From IMG/VR virus record IMGVR_UViG_3300025103_000104, positions 1 to 29,483 of that record: a stretch of 29,483 nt of DNA; one strand, given 5' to 3'. The translations under genes and the position numbers were made by a program. This stretch comes from a virus. Lineage: Duplodnaviria > Caudoviricetes. The first letter of the stretch is position 1. Every line of letters starts with the position of its first letter. Of the stretch, positions 8,625 to 17,389 are shown piece after piece. The notes under the pieces are model-generated. The model was not told where the DNA came from and made no database searches. It was given only the letters and a program-made list of their open reading frames with translations.

Positions 8625-11600
8625 ATGTCAGATAAGTATACGTACTACTCTCCTGAGTATATGCAAGATAGAAAGCTGTCTGAACTAAAGTCTAACGGTG
8701 CATTTCTTAGTGATGCTATTACCTTCTTAAAGAGTAAACGAGGTAATTACACAGATGATGAAATTAAGAAGTTGTCTGCTGATGATGTAGTGTCTCAGGT
8801 TCTAGAACACTTCCGCTACCAGACTATGAACGAAGTTAGTATGTCTAAAGACTTCTACTACATGTCAGATACTAAAACACCACAGAACGAGAAAGAAGCA
8901 TTCGGACGTTTGATGTTTGCTTTTGATAACTCTAAAGGTGAAGGATTGTTTGACCGTGGTATAGAGAAAGTAGGAGACTATCTAGGTGCTACACTTACTG
9001 CGCCTAGTACTTACGCATCTGTACTGGCTGGTGTTGGCTCTGCAGGTACAGGTACTGCAGCAATACAAACAACTAAGGCTGCATCTCTAGCGGCCCTACG
9101 TGAAACAGGAAAGCAGATCATAAAACGTTCTCTTGTATCAGGGGCTATTGATGGTTCTGTTGCTGCTTCATCTGCGTTTGGTAGTGAGAAGTTAAGAGAG
9201 AAAGCTGCACCTGAGATAGATGAAGAATATGAAGTGAACACAGGTAATGTTATAGCTTCAGGTTTATTAGGTGCTGGTATTGGTACTGTAGCCTATGGCG
9301 CTCCTGCTATGCTACAGAAACGAGGTGCTAATAAATTAGTAGATGTTATAGAGGAAGGGAGAGGGGCCACCGCTGAACGTCTTGTAGCAGCTAGAGTAAA
9401 AGCTAAAAATACAAGTGAAGATGCTGCTAAGACTAAAGAAGGTAAACGTCTGATGAAGTATATCACAGACAACACCCTTCGTGCTATTGATCCCAATCTT
9501 GTTAAGGAAGGCAATGTAGTACGGGAGAACATCTTCAGTGATGAACTTCCTGATGGCATTGTGGGGGGCTTTAATGCGGATCTTATACAGAGGATTACTG
9601 CTGCGTCTTATGAACTAGCTAAAGGGCTAGGTGTTAAGCCTGAGAAAGGGCAACGTATTACAGAGTTCTTAGCTAAAGATATTGCTGGTGGTTCAGACTT
9701 AGTTAAAGCTATTGCTGATGACTATGGTCTAACACCACGTCAAATCTCTATGGCCTATGCTGCTGAGATTAGTGAGGCTGCTCGTAAGCTTGCTGCACAA
9801 AGTCAGATCGTATCTCGTAGCAAGAAGATGATCAGCAAAGAACAGCTAGAGAAATATAGTAAAGAGCTAGATACTTTGTATGATGCAGGTATGTCTACTG
9901 TAAAAGCAGAAGATGTAAAAGTAATCGAAGAAGTTAATCGTAGTCTGTCTAGCCGTGTGTATCGTCAAGCTAAAGGCTTTGAAGATGCAAGACGTATGTT
10001 TATGACTTCACAGCCAGCTACTACCATGCGAAACAATATCTTCTCTGTAGCTATGACAGGTATTGATATGCTTGATCAACTTAACACTTCTGCAGTTAAG
10101 TTATTATCAGGTAATGCTAAAGGCTCTGTTGCTACGTTTAAAGGTACACTGGATAACTTAAAGTATCTCACAAATGATCAGTATGTAGCGGATGCTCTTG
10201 TAACCACACTGCGTCAAGAAGCACCAGACAAACTCTCTCGTATATTCCACGATGCAGCCATATCAGAGTCTAAGGTAGTAGGTGATACTCTATTGGCTAA
10301 AGCAGGTGCTGCAGCTAACACACTAAACACTATGTCTGACTTCGTAGTTAAACGTGCTGTTATTGCAGGTACGATTGACCGTGAGCTTAAGCAATTAGGT
10401 AATGATGCGCTGGGCACATCTGTGATGGATATGCTTAAGAAGGGTACGATAGAACAGCTACCTGATGACATCCTAGATAAAGCACTGAAAGAATCACTGG
10501 CCTTTACATTCCAGCGTAAGTTTGGTGGTAAAGAAGCTAGTGCTATAAGTAAAAAGACTGAAGAGCTTATCAACTTTGCACATAATAACTTCCTAACTAT
10601 TGCTGTACCTTTCCCTCGCTACTTGGCATCACAAGCTAAGTTCTTTAGTGACTACTCTGGTATAACTGCCATTCGTCACGGCTTCCGCGCAGAGGACATG
10701 GGTAAAGCTATGACAGGTGCAGGGCTTTCTTTTGGTGCGTACTACGGTGTGTACAGTAATAAAGTGCACGATGATATGGAGTGGTATGAAGCACGTGATC
10801 CTATGACAGGACAGATACGTAATGCTGAAGCTGCTCTTGGCCCTGCTGCTGCTTTTGCTTATGTATCAGATTATGCAGCACGTAAAATGGAAGGCTTACC
10901 TGTCAAGAGGGACGGTGAAGTCATGGATGACATGGCTAAGATATTCACAGGTACAGAGTTTCGTCCTGGTGTAGGTCTATACGATGATGTAAAACGTGCT
11001 ATTGATGCAGGTACAATGGAGCCTATCTTTAAAGCATTGGGTGATCAGATGTCTGCATTCACATACCCTGCTGCTGCATTGAAGGACTTCTATGGTCAGT
11101 TTGATCCACGTAGCTCTTACATTGCTGAGACACGTGATCCTACACTGAGCATGTTAGACTTGTATGGTATTAACGTTCCTATGAATCTCTATCAGCGTGT
11201 GACACGTCAGCTACCTGACTTCCCTGATGTTGATCTACCACTGGTAAACTTCTTTGAGTCTTCTACTCGTATGCAGTATCAGATTGAATATGCACGTGAG
11301 CAAGGCATTGTAGACGAAGGGTATGACGCTATCAAGTTTGACATCTTTGGTGATGGCCCTGTACGTTTGTATAACCCTATTGAGAAACAGCTTACTGGTT
11401 TCCTTGGAAGACCCCCTAAGAATGCTCTACAAAAAGAGATGACACGTCTACAGGTGGACCCCTTTAAGTTGTACTCTCCTTACCGTGAAAAGAATGCTAC
11501 ACTAGAGTTGTTCACGCAACAGAAGCTACAGGGTAACCTAGCTCGTGAAGCAGAAGAGTTTATACAGACTTCCATTTATACTGAATCTCCCAGCGCAACA

Positions 11601-11966
11601 GATAAGCGTAATAAACTAGAAGGGTTCCTGAAGACACAGATTGCACTGGCTCGTAGCGAAGCGCGTGATGACTTAGAAAGCTTTGCTAATGATGATCGTT
11701 TCAAGGGTGACTATCAAGCACATATACAAAGTGAGTATCAAGCGCTTGGCCCTAGAGAAACGGAACGTGCAGAGGAAGCATGGGAACAACGTCACGCTGC
11801 TGTAGGGTATACACAGGGTGTTAGCTTTGATGATGCTCTACAGATGGTGGATGATGATCCTGACATAAGTGAAGACGATAAAGGTGTGAAGCGCACTATC
11901 CTGTATCGTACTTTCGTAGAGTGGGGTAAGTCCTACAAGAAGTACCTAAAAGATGCTACAGAATGA
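8625..11966 (+). CDS. Largest terminal virion protein, probable internal core/ejection protein (positional analogue of T7 gp16)
   Basis: 1113 aa, GAGGA RBS, Gly/Ala-rich hydrophobic stretches, last gene of the virion arm. Confidence 0.65.
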   Translation: MSDKYTYYSPEYMQDRKLSELKSNGAFLSDAITFLKSKRGNYTDDEIKKLSADDVVSQVLEHFRYQTMNEVSMSKDFYYMSDTKTPQNEKEAFGRLMFAFDNSKGEGLFDRGIEKVGDYLGATLTAPSTYASVLAGVGSAGTGTAAIQTTKAASLAALRETGKQIIKRSLVSGAIDGSVAASSAFGSEKLREKAAPEIDEEYEVNTGNVIASGLLGAGIGTVAYGAPAMLQKRGANKLVDVIEEGRGATAERLVAARVKAKNTSEDAAKTKEGKRLMKYITDNTLRAIDPNLVKEGNVVRENIFSDELPDGIVGGFNADLIQRITAASYELAKGLGVKPEKGQRITEFLAKDIAGGSDLVKAIADDYGLTPRQISMAYAAEISEAARKLAAQSQIVSRSKKMISKEQLEKYSKELDTLYDAGMSTVKAEDVKVIEEVNRSLSSRVYRQAKGFEDARRMFMTSQPATTMRNNIFSVAMTGIDMLDQLNTSAVKLLSGNAKGSVATFKGTLDNLKYLTNDQYVADALVTTLRQEAPDKLSRIFHDAAISESKVVGDTLLAKAGAAANTLNTMSDFVVKRAVIAGTIDRELKQLGNDALGTSVMDMLKKGTIEQLPDDILDKALKESLAFTFQRKFGGKEASAISKKTEELINFAHNNFLTIAVPFPRYLASQAKFFSDYSGITAIRHGFRAEDMGKAMTGAGLSFGAYYGVYSNKVHDDMEWYEARDPMTGQIRNAEAALGPAAAFAYVSDYAARKMEGLPVKRDGEVMDDMAKIFTGTEFRPGVGLYDDVKRAIDAGTMEPIFKALGDQMSAFTYPAAALKDFYGQFDPRSSYIAETRDPTLSMLDLYGINVPMNLYQRVTRQLPDFPDVDLPLVNFFESSTRMQYQIEYAREQGIVDEGYDAIKFDIFGDGPVRLYNPIEKQLTGFLGRPPKNALQKEMTRLQVDPFKLYSPYREKNATLELFTQQKLQGNLAREAEEFIQTSIYTESPSATDKRNKLEGFLKTQIALARSEARDDLESFANDDRFKGDYQAHIQSEYQALGPRETERAEEAWEQRHAAVGYTQGVSFDDALQMVDDDPDISEDDKGVKRTILYRTFVEWGKSYKKYLKDATE

Positions 11967-11967
11967 G

Positions 11968-11998
11968 AAGAGGGGCCAAACGGCCCCTTTACTTTTTT
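11968..11998. terminator. Rho-independent terminator between the convergent arms, probably bidirectional
   Basis: Stem AGGGGCC-AAAC-GGCCCCT (11971-11988) followed by TTACTTTTTT on +. It fills the 22-bp gap between two stop codons. Confidence 0.85.
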
Positions 11999-12195
11999 AA
12001 CCCATGCATTGCTGCACTTCGCTCTGCCCACATCTGCACCTCTACTAAGTTCTTCAATGCTTGATGTTTCTCTTCTGTATTGTGCACGTTATCTACTATG
12101 TATTGCTGTAGATTCCTAGCGTTTTCTTGTAACCCTTCTCTAAACTGTTTATGTCTCCCAGAGATAAATGACTGTGCTTCTTTCTCTAGACTCAT
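11989..12195 (-). CDS. 68-aa helical protein resembling the Acb2/Tad1 helical-hairpin family
   Basis: Start at 12195 overlaps the phoH stop (ATGA). C-terminal TEEKHQALKNLVEVQMWAERSAA resembles the REKSLAxTKLEEAxMWANxAIA pattern. Confidence 0.5.
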   Translation of the reverse strand: MSLEKEAQSFISGRHKQFREGLQENARNLQQYIVDNVHNTEEKHQALKNLVEVQMWAERSAAMHGLKK

Positions 12196-12905
12196 ATGCC
12201 TTCCTTCATAAAGACCTTTACCCACTGTGCACAGATGTCACTACGTACAATGTCATCAACACCAAACTCCACAACAGGTACAGGTATCATGTGTTTCTTT
12301 GCTAAGTGAATAACTTTAGACAGACCATCACCTTCTTTTAAGTCTGACTGTTGTATATCACCATTAAGCACAATAGTACTACCTTCACCCACACGAGTCA
12401 ACAACATCTTAAGCTCATGTGTAGTAATATTCTGTGTTTCATCTACTATAATGAAAGCGCTGTCAAAGCTACGCCCACGCATCAACGCCAGAGGAGCCAT
12501 CTCTACATTGTTGTTCTTGATAGCTGTCTCTAACGTACCCTTACCCCAATGTTTCTCTAGCACGTCAAGCACAGGTAACGCCCAAGGATAAACCTTTTCT
12601 TCTAAGCTACCAGGTAGGAACCCAATGTCTTTACCTACAGCTACATGAGGGCGTGTGATAACTATCTTGTCAATCTCTTTGAGTGTATACAAGTCTGCTG
12701 CGTAGGTAGCTGTGACGTAAGTCTTACCTGTACCTGCTGGACCTAGTACAAAGACTTGATTGTATTCCTTTAGATAATGTAGAAACTCTTTCTGTTTATC
12801 TGTTTTCGGCGTAAGACCAGAGGTCTGCTTGGATTGGCTGTTCTTGTAGTTTGTCTTTCGACGTGTGCGTGTTTGCTTCTTCGACTGCTTCAAGTCTATA
12901 TTCAT
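12192..12905 (-). CDS. phoH: PhoH-family ATPase
   Basis: GPAGTGKT Walker A, ITRP, IGFLPG, MRGRSF, IIVDETQN, LLTRVGEGS, GDIQQSDL, DIVRS. Confidence 0.96.
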   Translation of the reverse strand: MNIDLKQSKKQTRTRRKTNYKNSQSKQTSGLTPKTDKQKEFLHYLKEYNQVFVLGPAGTGKTYVTATYAADLYTLKEIDKIVITRPHVAVGKDIGFLPGSLEEKVYPWALPVLDVLEKHWGKGTLETAIKNNNVEMAPLALMRGRSFDSAFIIVDETQNITTHELKMLLTRVGEGSTIVLNGDIQQSDLKEGDGLSKVIHLAKKHMIPVPVVEFGVDDIVRSDICAQWVKVFMKEGI

Positions 12906-13371
12906 CTAAGTTATCTAGTACCTCTATTGCTTGTTGTACTGTTAGTTTGAACCACTCTCCGTTAGTCTCTGATGCAAGCTTGGTTGCTCTAGTGTGTGCC
13001 TGTTGCTCTGCCTTGCGTCTATTATTAGAATATACACTGTGTTCTAACACGTAGTCACGGTGTGGGCTGCTAGTTTGGTAGCCACTAAGCCTATCTTCAG
13101 CATCAATAGCCATACCTATCTTAACCCAATTAGGCCACGCTTTGTTTGTTATAACATAGACATAACCTTCCTTGATACTATCTAACTTATATGTACCCTC
13201 AAAGGCTGCATCGTTAAACGTCTTGTACTTTCCAGGTTTATGCAATGGGTGTTTTTTACTAACTTCTTTACCATTGACGTACATCCTGTTTGCGTCCCGC
13301 TTTCTGACTGCCTCAGGATTGTCTTTATAGTACAATCTTTTTCCTGTTTTTGGATTCACATCTTTTATCAT
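12796..13371 (-). CDS. T5orf172/GIY-YIG-superfamily nuclease domain protein
   Basis: GYVYVI...VKIG....RL...QTSSP....AE..AH....GEWF signature. AAGGA RBS. Confidence 0.85.
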   Translation of the reverse strand: MIKDVNPKTGKRLYYKDNPEAVRKRDANRMYVNGKEVSKKHPLHKPGKYKTFNDAAFEGTYKLDSIKEGYVYVITNKAWPNWVKIGMAIDAEDRLSGYQTSSPHRDYVLEHSVYSNNRRKAEQQAHTRATKLASETNGEWFKLTVQQAIEVLDNLDEYRLEAVEEANTHTSKDKLQEQPIQADLWSYAENR

Positions 13372-13395
13372 TATGTTTCCTTTGTTACCTACATT

Positions 13396-13428
13396 AAAGG
13401 AAAGCCCAGCGCCTTAACGCTGAGCCTT
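13396..13428 (-). terminator. Putative intrinsic terminator/attenuator
   Basis: On -: AAGGCTCAGCG-TTAAGG-CGCTGGGCTTT-CCTTT, an 11-bp stem with G-U pairs and an interrupted U tract. Confidence 0.7.
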
Positions 13429-13434
13429 ACATTG

Positions 13435-13596
13435 TTAGTCTGTGCCAATCACTTTTTCTTGATACAGTTCTTTACCTGCATCGTAAGCTTCAGTGCCTTT
13501 CTCAATAGCATACTCCCCTGCTGGTACTAGCACTTCATCAACTAAACTTACCGTAAACACAACTAATACTATCGCTTGGATTGCGGATGTTAACAT
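13435..13596 (-). CDS. 53-aa protein with N-terminal hydrophobic helix (not in ORF track)
   Basis: MLTSAIQAIVLVVFTVSLVDEVLVPAGEYAIEKGTEAYDAGKELYQEKVIGTD. AAGGAG RBS. Starts immediately after the glutaredoxin stop. Confidence 0.75.
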   Translation of the reverse strand: MLTSAIQAIVLVVFTVSLVDEVLVPAGEYAIEKGTEAYDAGKELYQEKVIGTD

Positions 13597-13597
13597 A

Positions 13598-13828
13598 TTA
13601 AACTCCTTCTAATTGTTTCTCTAGTTCTTGGTAACCACCTATGTAATTACCTTCTATATCCCATATCTGAGGTACTGTCTTTATAGATGCTTTATTAAAT
13701 AAGTCAAGTACCCACTTGGAATCATTGATAGAGTAGTAACTAAATACTCCACCTTTGTCTCTTATAAGACCTACCGCTCTGCTACAGTACATACAGTCGG
13801 ACCTGCCTACTATAACATACTGTTTCAT
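13598..13828 (-). CDS. Glutaredoxin
   Basis: CMYC active site, TVPQI, YIGGY. ATGA-coupled to the RNR gene. Confidence 0.92.
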   Translation of the reverse strand: MKQYVIVGRSDCMYCSRAVGLIRDKGGVFSYYSINDSKWVLDLFNKASIKTVPQIWDIEGNYIGGYQELEKQLEGV

Positions 13829-15720
13829 ACTAAGTCAACAATCTCACAGCTATCCCCAGAGCAAGCCATCGTCTGCATAGATACTGTGTTATCTTCACTT
13901 TCGTATTCATTGAGTAGCTCCCAGTCAATCTTAGCTGGCATCTTAGAAAGCATTTCTTCATACTCTTCCTTGGTGCAGTCCTGATAAGGGGCTTGCTGAT
14001 ATGTGTGATCTGAGTGAGGCAGGAATGATACACCTGACATTTCATCGAAGTGTTCATATACAAATGCACCCACAGCCATCCACTCAGCATCACGTACTGA
14101 GATCGTCACGCTAGGCTTATGCTCACACCATGAGCGTTGATACGTCAGCCACGTCTTAAGCTGCTCTATGGCTGTCATATCGTTTCTAGTGACTGCTTTG
14201 TTAGGTGACTTAACAGGGAAGCTAAACACTGTAGTAGTGTCACCCTTCATTACACATGGCTCGTTAGGTACACCTGCATCCTTCATGAACTGTGTTAAGG
14301 GGTCTTTATTATCACCACGCACAGTACGGATATAATAGGGACTATGGCGAGCATGTATCCCAGAGGCTGAATCCACCAGTTGTGATACTGTTCCCGATGG
14401 TTTAATGCAGCTAATCGCAGCGCTATGAGGTATACCAAGCCTGTCAGCCCATTCAGCATTAGTAGTAACAGCCACATTTCTAAGGTGTTCAAGGGTCTTC
14501 TCCAATCCAGCATTTGCTGATGTCATCAGAGGGTTATCCATTATTCCCGTAAGTGACACACCAAGCAAGCGCTCTTCTTCTGTGTTGTTTGTCCACACCT
14601 TCCGCAGATAGGGGAACTTTGTGTATGAGGACTGAATGGTTCCCAGAATCGTAGCGAGTTTAACTTTTCTAGCAAGGTCTTCCACAGTATCTGTAGCACG
14701 TACAACCACCTCTGTTAAGTTACAAAACTGATATGGACGCAAGATGATTTCGCTGCACGGGTTAGTGCCAAACTCATAATTGCTATCACGCCGCCCAAAC
14801 TTAGCTGCTTGCTTCTTAGATGCTTCACGGTTGAAGATGCCACGCTCACCAGACTTACTCTCTACCAGTGCTGTCCACTCACGCATAAACGTTTCCATGT
14901 CAGGCTTCTCAGTGTAGCACACAGAGTTATTAGCTAAGGCTCTCCAACTGGCAGTCTCCCACCACTGTCCTGACTTAGCGTGACGCATCCTATCATCAGA
15001 CAGGTTAGACAGACTAATCATAGCTGAACGCCTCACTCCACCTACGACTACGATCTGACCAATGAAGCACATCAAGTCATGACATTCTACACTAGACAAC
15101 TTACGCCCTTGTACATTCTTGAATGTAGTGATAGCAAAGTTAAATAGTTCTACTAGAGGCGCTGGGCCACTGGCTCTACCACCAAACGTTTTTAGCCTAG
15201 CACCTGCAGGACGTACACGAGAAACATCCCACTTAGGGATCTCACCAGCCCAGAGGAGTGCCAACACTTGACGGAACGCTTTAGCCCAACCTTCCTTACT
15301 ATCTTTGACAACGACTGTGGTATCACTGTAGAACAACTTAGGCACTTCAGGGAGCTTGCTAACGTACTGCCTCTCGACGCTGAACCCAACGCCTGTACCA
15401 CACAAGAGGATGTACATAGCCTCATCGAAGCTTTTAGGGTCATCTACGGGTAAGTAGCTACAGTTGTAACCTGCTGTGTTATCTCTATCAAGCGCTGGGC
15501 CAGCAGTCATCATAGCCCTCATAGATGGCATGACTTCTAAGTTTAAGATAGCGTTATGTATTTCATCTGTTGTTGCTTTGTCTACCTTGTTATCTACTAG
15601 GTTGAGTATGTAGCGGCCTACAGTAGCACCCCAGTTTTCTCGCCCGTCACCGTCATAGTACTTGGCATATCGTGATAGAGCAATGAAGCTCTGGTAGTCT
15701 GTTGGTAAGTAGTTGCTCAT
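13825..15720 (-). CDS. nrdJ: Class II (adenosylcobalamin-dependent) ribonucleotide reductase
   Basis: PSMR, YNC, GTGVGFS, GGVRRSA, GTNPCSEI, FCNL, KPSGTVSQL and C-terminal ACSGDSCE. No beta subunit gene nearby. Confidence 0.93.
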   Translation of the reverse strand: MSNYLPTDYQSFIALSRYAKYYDGDGRENWGATVGRYILNLVDNKVDKATTDEIHNAILNLEVMPSMRAMMTAGPALDRDNTAGYNCSYLPVDDPKSFDEAMYILLCGTGVGFSVERQYVSKLPEVPKLFYSDTTVVVKDSKEGWAKAFRQVLALLWAGEIPKWDVSRVRPAGARLKTFGGRASGPAPLVELFNFAITTFKNVQGRKLSSVECHDLMCFIGQIVVVGGVRRSAMISLSNLSDDRMRHAKSGQWWETASWRALANNSVCYTEKPDMETFMREWTALVESKSGERGIFNREASKKQAAKFGRRDSNYEFGTNPCSEIILRPYQFCNLTEVVVRATDTVEDLARKVKLATILGTIQSSYTKFPYLRKVWTNNTEEERLLGVSLTGIMDNPLMTSANAGLEKTLEHLRNVAVTTNAEWADRLGIPHSAAISCIKPSGTVSQLVDSASGIHARHSPYYIRTVRGDNKDPLTQFMKDAGVPNEPCVMKGDTTTVFSFPVKSPNKAVTRNDMTAIEQLKTWLTYQRSWCEHKPSVTISVRDAEWMAVGAFVYEHFDEMSGVSFLPHSDHTYQQAPYQDCTKEEYEEMLSKMPAKIDWELLNEYESEDNTVSMQTMACSGDSCEIVDLV

Positions 15721-15878
15721 GGTTTTTGTTTTACCTCTATTTTTTTAATCTCTGCGTCTAGGTCATATACAACATCCTGTATAAGCTCCTTAACGGTTTG
15801 CTCATACATTTCTTCTGATATAGGAAGTATGTTGTCTTCTTCATCTATATCTATTGTCATTCTAATATCAAACTTCAT
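15717..15878 (-). CDS. 53-aa acidic hypothetical protein (not in ORF track)
   Basis: MKFDIRMTIDIDEEDNILPISEEMYEQTVKELIQDVVYDLDAEIKKIEVKQKP. ATGA overlaps at both ends exactly fill the gap. Confidence 0.8.
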   Translation of the reverse strand: MKFDIRMTIDIDEEDNILPISEEMYEQTVKELIQDVVYDLDAEIKKIEVKQKP

Positions 15879-16360
15879 GCTGCCTTTTCCAGTAAGTCAG
15901 TAAGATCAGGCTTCTTATAGTTTTTACCTTTCATAACCTTCCCATCTTCACGTAGGATAGGGTTACCATTGCTGTCTAGCTTAGACATGTTGCTATCGTG
16001 TACACGTGTGAATGCCTCACTAAGAACCGCTTCACCGTAATGCTCTAAGCCACTGTCTAACAAACGGCTAACCGTACCTTGTTGTTTAATAACTGTCTCA
16101 CGCTCAGCGTCACCCATAAGCATACCTATGTGATCAGGTGCAGTAAGCGCAAGACCTGTAGAAACATATAGTAGATCACAAAGCTCTTTTAGGTGCGCTA
16201 CTGTACCATACTTCTCAGCCATTAGCTCAGCCATCTCTTCATCAATAAGCTTAATCCACAAGCGAGGGTCAAGAGATCCATTAAAAGCTTTAATGAAGTC
16301 ACCTACTTTCTCGTGTGGCATCTGTGGTTTCATTGCATCTATGTCATCCTGGCTAATCAT
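15875..16360 (-). CDS. MazG-like all-alpha NTP pyrophosphohydrolase
   Basis: LIDEEMAEL, KELCDLLYV, VHDSNMSKL, REDGKVMKG.NY..PDL. Confidence 0.88.
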   Translation of the reverse strand: MISQDDIDAMKPQMPHEKVGDFIKAFNGSLDPRLWIKLIDEEMAELMAEKYGTVAHLKELCDLLYVSTGLALTAPDHIGMLMGDAERETVIKQQGTVSRLLDSGLEHYGEAVLSEAFTRVHDSNMSKLDSNGNPILREDGKVMKGKNYKKPDLTDLLEKAA

Positions 16361-16626
16361 TTATGTTTCTCCGTATAGCGTTTGCGTAGTCTGTTGAGAT
16401 ACCAGATAGCTTTATCAATATCCTCTAGACCATTCTTGTATTCGTGACGCCATAGATACTTTAAAACATTAGCAGCGTGTGGTGCTGTTTGTCCTGACAT
16501 GTTCTCAGTCATAGCTTCTATAGCATCAATACATTCAATACCAGCTTGGTTGTAGTGTATGGGTTTATTTACTGGATCTATTATATCGTCAAGCGAAACA
16601 GATGTTAGTGTTGGCTCTTTCTTCAT
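16357..16626 (-). CDS. DUF3310 family protein (family related to T7 gp1.7 nucleotide kinase)
   Basis: DPVNKPIHY...IECIDAI...NVLKYLWR...KNGLEDIDKAIWYL. Confidence 0.9.
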   Translation of the reverse strand: MKKEPTLTSVSLDDIIDPVNKPIHYNQAGIECIDAIEAMTENMSGQTAPHAANVLKYLWRHEYKNGLEDIDKAIWYLNRLRKRYTEKHK

Positions 16627-16958
16627 GCGTTACCTTCCGTCTTAGTCCAAGCATTCAATGTATATACATTACCTTCACGTGTGACTTCTAGCGCTTCTTC
16701 TTCCTCTTCGTCAACACCCATAAGATGATTACGATGTTCTTCTACTAAGTCATAAATGTCAGGATGTTCAGATGCTACATCAAGGAAAGCAGACATCATC
16801 GTAGCTATATTCATGATATGTGCCATAACCATTTCAGGTACAGGGCTGTCGTTAGATGCGGATAGCTCAATAGATACATCACCATTCCAATCTTCTTCGT
16901 AGTTCTGTGGACGTATTACGATAGCTATTTCATCGTCACTTAATGTGTAACCCATCAT
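16623..16958 (-). CDS. Acidic hypothetical phage protein
   Basis: 111-aa ORF with ATGA overlaps on both sides. Confidence 0.8.
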   Translation of the reverse strand: MMGYTLSDDEIAIVIRPQNYEEDWNGDVSIELSASNDSPVPEMVMAHIMNIATMMSAFLDVASEHPDIYDLVEEHRNHLMGVDEEEEEALEVTREGNVYTLNAWTKTEGNA

Positions 16959-17389
16959 ACTTTCCTTTTTGTTTTAACTTCTATTCGTTTAGCTTTGATC
17001 TCTTCACCGTCTTCGTTTAACCAATCTTCTGGTATCACACGGTGCGCCCACTTAAAGCCATACTTGTCACACCAATCACAGTACTTAGACTTAGCACCTT
17101 TGTACAGCCTTGACTTAGCATTACTAAATACAAATCGTATATCTAGCTCTGGATGCTGACGTTTTACCTCACGGTGTTTACGCCTATCTGCTGAATCAAA
17201 GATACCCTTAGTCTCAATGATGATGCCGTTGTCAAGCACGAAGTCAGGTGTGTAGGTACGATACTTTAAGTCTTCCCACTCTACCTTTAGTAGTTCGTAT
17301 CTGACTTTCTTTTGTTTAGGCTTAAGCCACGCAGCAACCTCTCTTTCAAGGCCACTGCGATAGCTCTTGGTGTGTCTACGCTGCGTCAC
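16955..17389 (-). CDS. T7 gp3-like endonuclease I (Holliday junction resolvase)
   Basis: YRSGLE, YTPDF.L.NGIIIETKG.F...DRRKH, HPELDIRFVF. GTG start at 17389 preferred because of a GAGGA RBS. Confidence 0.93.
   Translation of the reverse strand: MTQRRHTKSYRSGLEREVAAWLKPKQKKVRYELLKVEWEDLKYRTYTPDFVLDNGIIIETKGIFDSADRRKHREVKRQHPELDIRFVFSNAKSRLYKGAKSKYCDWCDKYGFKWAHRVIPEDWLNEDGEEIKAKRIEVKTKRKV

Noticed and set aside
648-10573. Minus-strand ORFs opposite the virion genes (for example 648-965, 3758-4036, 4749-5108, 5611-5919, 10214-10573)
   Set aside because: Antisense shadows of long, well-supported + strand genes; no RBS or recognisable motifs.
13830-15453. Alternative-frame and antisense ORFs within nrdJ
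   Set aside because: The main frame is intact with all motifs; these ORFs have unnatural composition and no RBS.
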